The position numbers and the translations under genes were made by a program. From the NCBI GenBank assembly GCA_963695995.1, contig CAVOIV010000029.1, positions 19 through 64,018 on the forward strand: 64,000 nt of DNA, read 5' to 3'. Below the pieces are notes generated by a model. The model was not told the DNA's origin. It saw nothing but the letters and a program-made list of their open reading frames with translations, and made no database searches. Positions 62,095-64,000 of the stretch are shown one piece after another. This DNA is from an uncultured Methylomirabilota bacterium (lineage in GTDB: Bacteria > Methylomirabilota > Methylomirabilia > Methylomirabilales > 2-02-FULL-66-22). Within the stretch, counting starts at the first letter, position 1, and every line of letters starts with the position of its first letter.

Positions 62095-63261
62095 ATGGAG
62101 TATCGCGCCGATCCGTCGCGAGGCGACGGACTTCGGCCCGTTCACCGAGGTCGCCCCCCTCCGCATCGCGTCCGCCCGCTCCTACGGCCGGCGGCCGACG
62201 CGCCAGATCCAGCGTGGGCAAGGTGCCGGTCGGCGGGAATGCGCCCATCTCGGTCCAGTCCATGACCAAGACCGACACGCGCGACGTCCAGGCGACCGTG
62301 GACCAGATCTGGGCGCTGGAGGCGGCGGGGTGCGAGATCGTGCGGGTGGCGGTCCCGGACGCCGACGCGGCGGCGGCGATCGGCCGGATCCGATCCCAGA
62401 TCCGCATTCCCGCTCATCGTGGACATCCACTTCGATTACCGGCTGGCCCTCCAGTGCCTGGAGGCCGGCGTGGATTGCCTGCGGATCAACCCCGGCAACA
62501 TCGGGGCCACCTGGCGGGTGCAAGAAGTGACCAAGGCGGCGGCCGAGCGCAAGGTGCCCATCCGGATCGGCGTGAACGCGGGGTCGCTGGAGAAGCATCT
62601 CCTGCAGCGGTTCGGCGAGCCGACGCCGGAAGCCCTGGTGGAGAGCGCGCTCTTCCACATCCGGATCCTGGAGGAGCTGAACTACCCCGAGATGAAGATC
62701 TCGCTCAAGTCGTCCGACCCGCGGATGATGATCGAGGCCTACCGGCTGCTGGCCGACAAGGTCCCGTACCCGTTCCACCTGGGGGTGACGGAGGCCGGGA
62801 CCGCCTTCACGGGGGCGATCAAGTCGGCGGTCGGGATCGGGACGCTGCTGGCCGAGGGGATCGGCGACACCATCCGGGTGAGCCTGACGGAGGATCCGAC
62901 CGAGGAGATCCGGGCCGGCTTCGAGATCCTGAAGGCCCTCGGACTCCGGAAGCGGGGACTCAACGTGATCGCCTGTCCCTCCTGCGGCCGGGTGGAGATC
63001 GACCTGGTCGGGCTGACCAAAGAGGTCGAGAAGCGGCTGGAGGCGCTCAACATCCAGCGGACGCTGAACGTGGCGGTGATGGGCTGCGCGGTCAACGGCC
63101 CGGGCGAGGCCCGCGGGGCGGACATCGGGATCGCCGGCGGCCACGGGGTCGGGATCCTGATCAAGAAGGGGCAGATCGTCCGGAAGGTCAAGGAGTCGGA
63201 GCTGGCCGACGTCCTGGTGGAAGAGGTGCAACGGTTGGCCGCCCAGAGCCGGCGGACGTAG
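62095..63261 (+). CDS. ispG: 4-hydroxy-3-methylbut-2-enyl-diphosphate synthase, 2-3 frame breaks (near 62212 and 62410, possibly 62115)
   Basis: RRPTRQIQ, then [22 protein letters not shown]...CEIVRVAVP, then [13 protein letters not shown]...RINPGNIG...CPSCGR...[11 protein letters not shown]. The start codon is uncertain. Confidence 0.88.
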
Positions 63262-63436
63262 CGACGTCAAGCGCGCCGGCGGTCTGTCCGGCAGCCGAGG
63301 AGGGAGGATCCGCACGGCGTCCTCCTCCTTTCTGTTTTCCGTCGTTCATTCTGTGGGGCCGGTTTCGCTTGGCCCCGCCGCCGGGGCCGCCGGTGGGCCG
63401 CGGCCACTCTACGACTCCCCTCACGAGGAGGGCGCG

Positions 63437-64000
63437 ATGCGCTGGTCACGTTCGCTGATCCCGACACTGAAGGAAGACCCGGCGGACGCCGAGGCCGTCA
63501 GCCACAAGTTGATGGTCCGGGCGGGCCTGGTCCGGCAGCTGGCGGCCGGGATCTACGTGTACCTCCCGCTGGGACAGCGGGTGATGGAGAAGATCATCGC
63601 CATCATCCGGGAGGAGATGAACGCCATCGGCGGGCAGGAGATCACCATGCCGGTCATCCACCCGGCGGAGCTTTGGCAGCAGTCGGGCCGCTGGGACACC
63701 ATCGGCGGCGAGATGTTCCGGCTCAAGGACCGGAACCAGCGCGACATGTGCCTGGGCATGACCCACGAAGAGGTCATCGCCTGGCTGGCGGCCCGCGAGA
63801 TCCGCTCCTACCGGGACCTGCCGCAGATCTGGTATCAGATCCAGACGAAAGAGCGCGACGAGGCCCGGCCCAAGAGCGGCGTGCTCCGGACGCGGGAGTT
63901 CGTCATGAAGGACTCCTACAGCCTGGACCGGGACGTCGCCGGCCTGGAGGTGCAGTACGAGGCCCACCGGCAAGCCTACTGCGCGATCTACGACCGCTGC
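63437..64000 (+). CDS. proS: Prolyl-tRNA synthetase, 5' part (runs off the window)
   Basis: RBS GAGGAGGG, then [46 protein letters not shown]...[20 protein letters not shown]. The frame is open to the window end, so it is absent from the ORF track. Confidence 0.9.
   Translation, partial: MRWSRSLIPTLKEDPADAEAVSHKLMVRAGLVRQLAAGIYVYLPLGQRVMEKIIAIIREEMNAIGGQEITMPVIHPAELWQQSGRWDTIGGEMFRLKDRNQRDMCLGMTHEEVIAWLAAREIRSYRDLPQIWYQIQTKERDEARPKSGVLRTREFVMKDSYSLDRDVAGLEVQYEAHRQAYCAIYDRC

Noticed and set aside
1-64000. CRISPR arrays, rRNA genes, prophage or defence-island gene sets
   Set aside because: No spaced direct repeats of 25-40 nt, no rRNA-like sequence, and no phage structural genes or recognisable defence genes were seen. 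The only toxin-antitoxin signal is the higA locus.

Overview
64-kb high-GC bacterial chromosomal segment. No rRNA, tRNA or CRISPR array was found. Gene content is mostly solute uptake and redox metabolism: two TRAP transporters, a LIV-type ABC system, an orphan TctC/Bug binding protein, many oxidoreductases, and a glcDEF glycolate oxidase. There is also a recC-recB-recD cluster and the conserved dxr-rseP-ispG-proS block. The left 4.8 kb is accessory DNA. It holds a group II intron inserted into an IS30-like remnant next to an IS630-like remnant, then a visibly lower-GC patch carrying ppk2 and a 5'-truncated hdeD-like gene. Two things stand out. (1) A previously unnamed ~146-152-bp imperfect-palindrome repeat occurs three times, always directly after a stop codon inside minus-strand gene strings. 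One copy has a perfect CTAG target-site-like duplication, and one copy donates the last codons and the stop codon of recB. (2) About 60 reading-frame breaks fall in ~25 otherwise ordinary genes. They are strongly clustered (recD, recB, dxr-rseP-ispG), absent from 12 contiguous kb elsewhere, and about four in five are net +1. Because essential genes are hit, I read these as consensus or assembly indel errors rather than real pseudogenes, but this needs read-level confirmation. Smaller observations: two head-to-head Y1 (IS200/RAYT-like) transposase stubs, an orphan higA with a higB remnant, a heptanucleotide repeat in a gene 3' end, a C/G-tract (G4-type) spacer, several perfect GC hairpins, and an ~840-bp gene-free gap. 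All calls come from reading the ORF track and the sequence by eye. No database search was possible, so family names rest on recognised motifs and taxonomy is not assigned.
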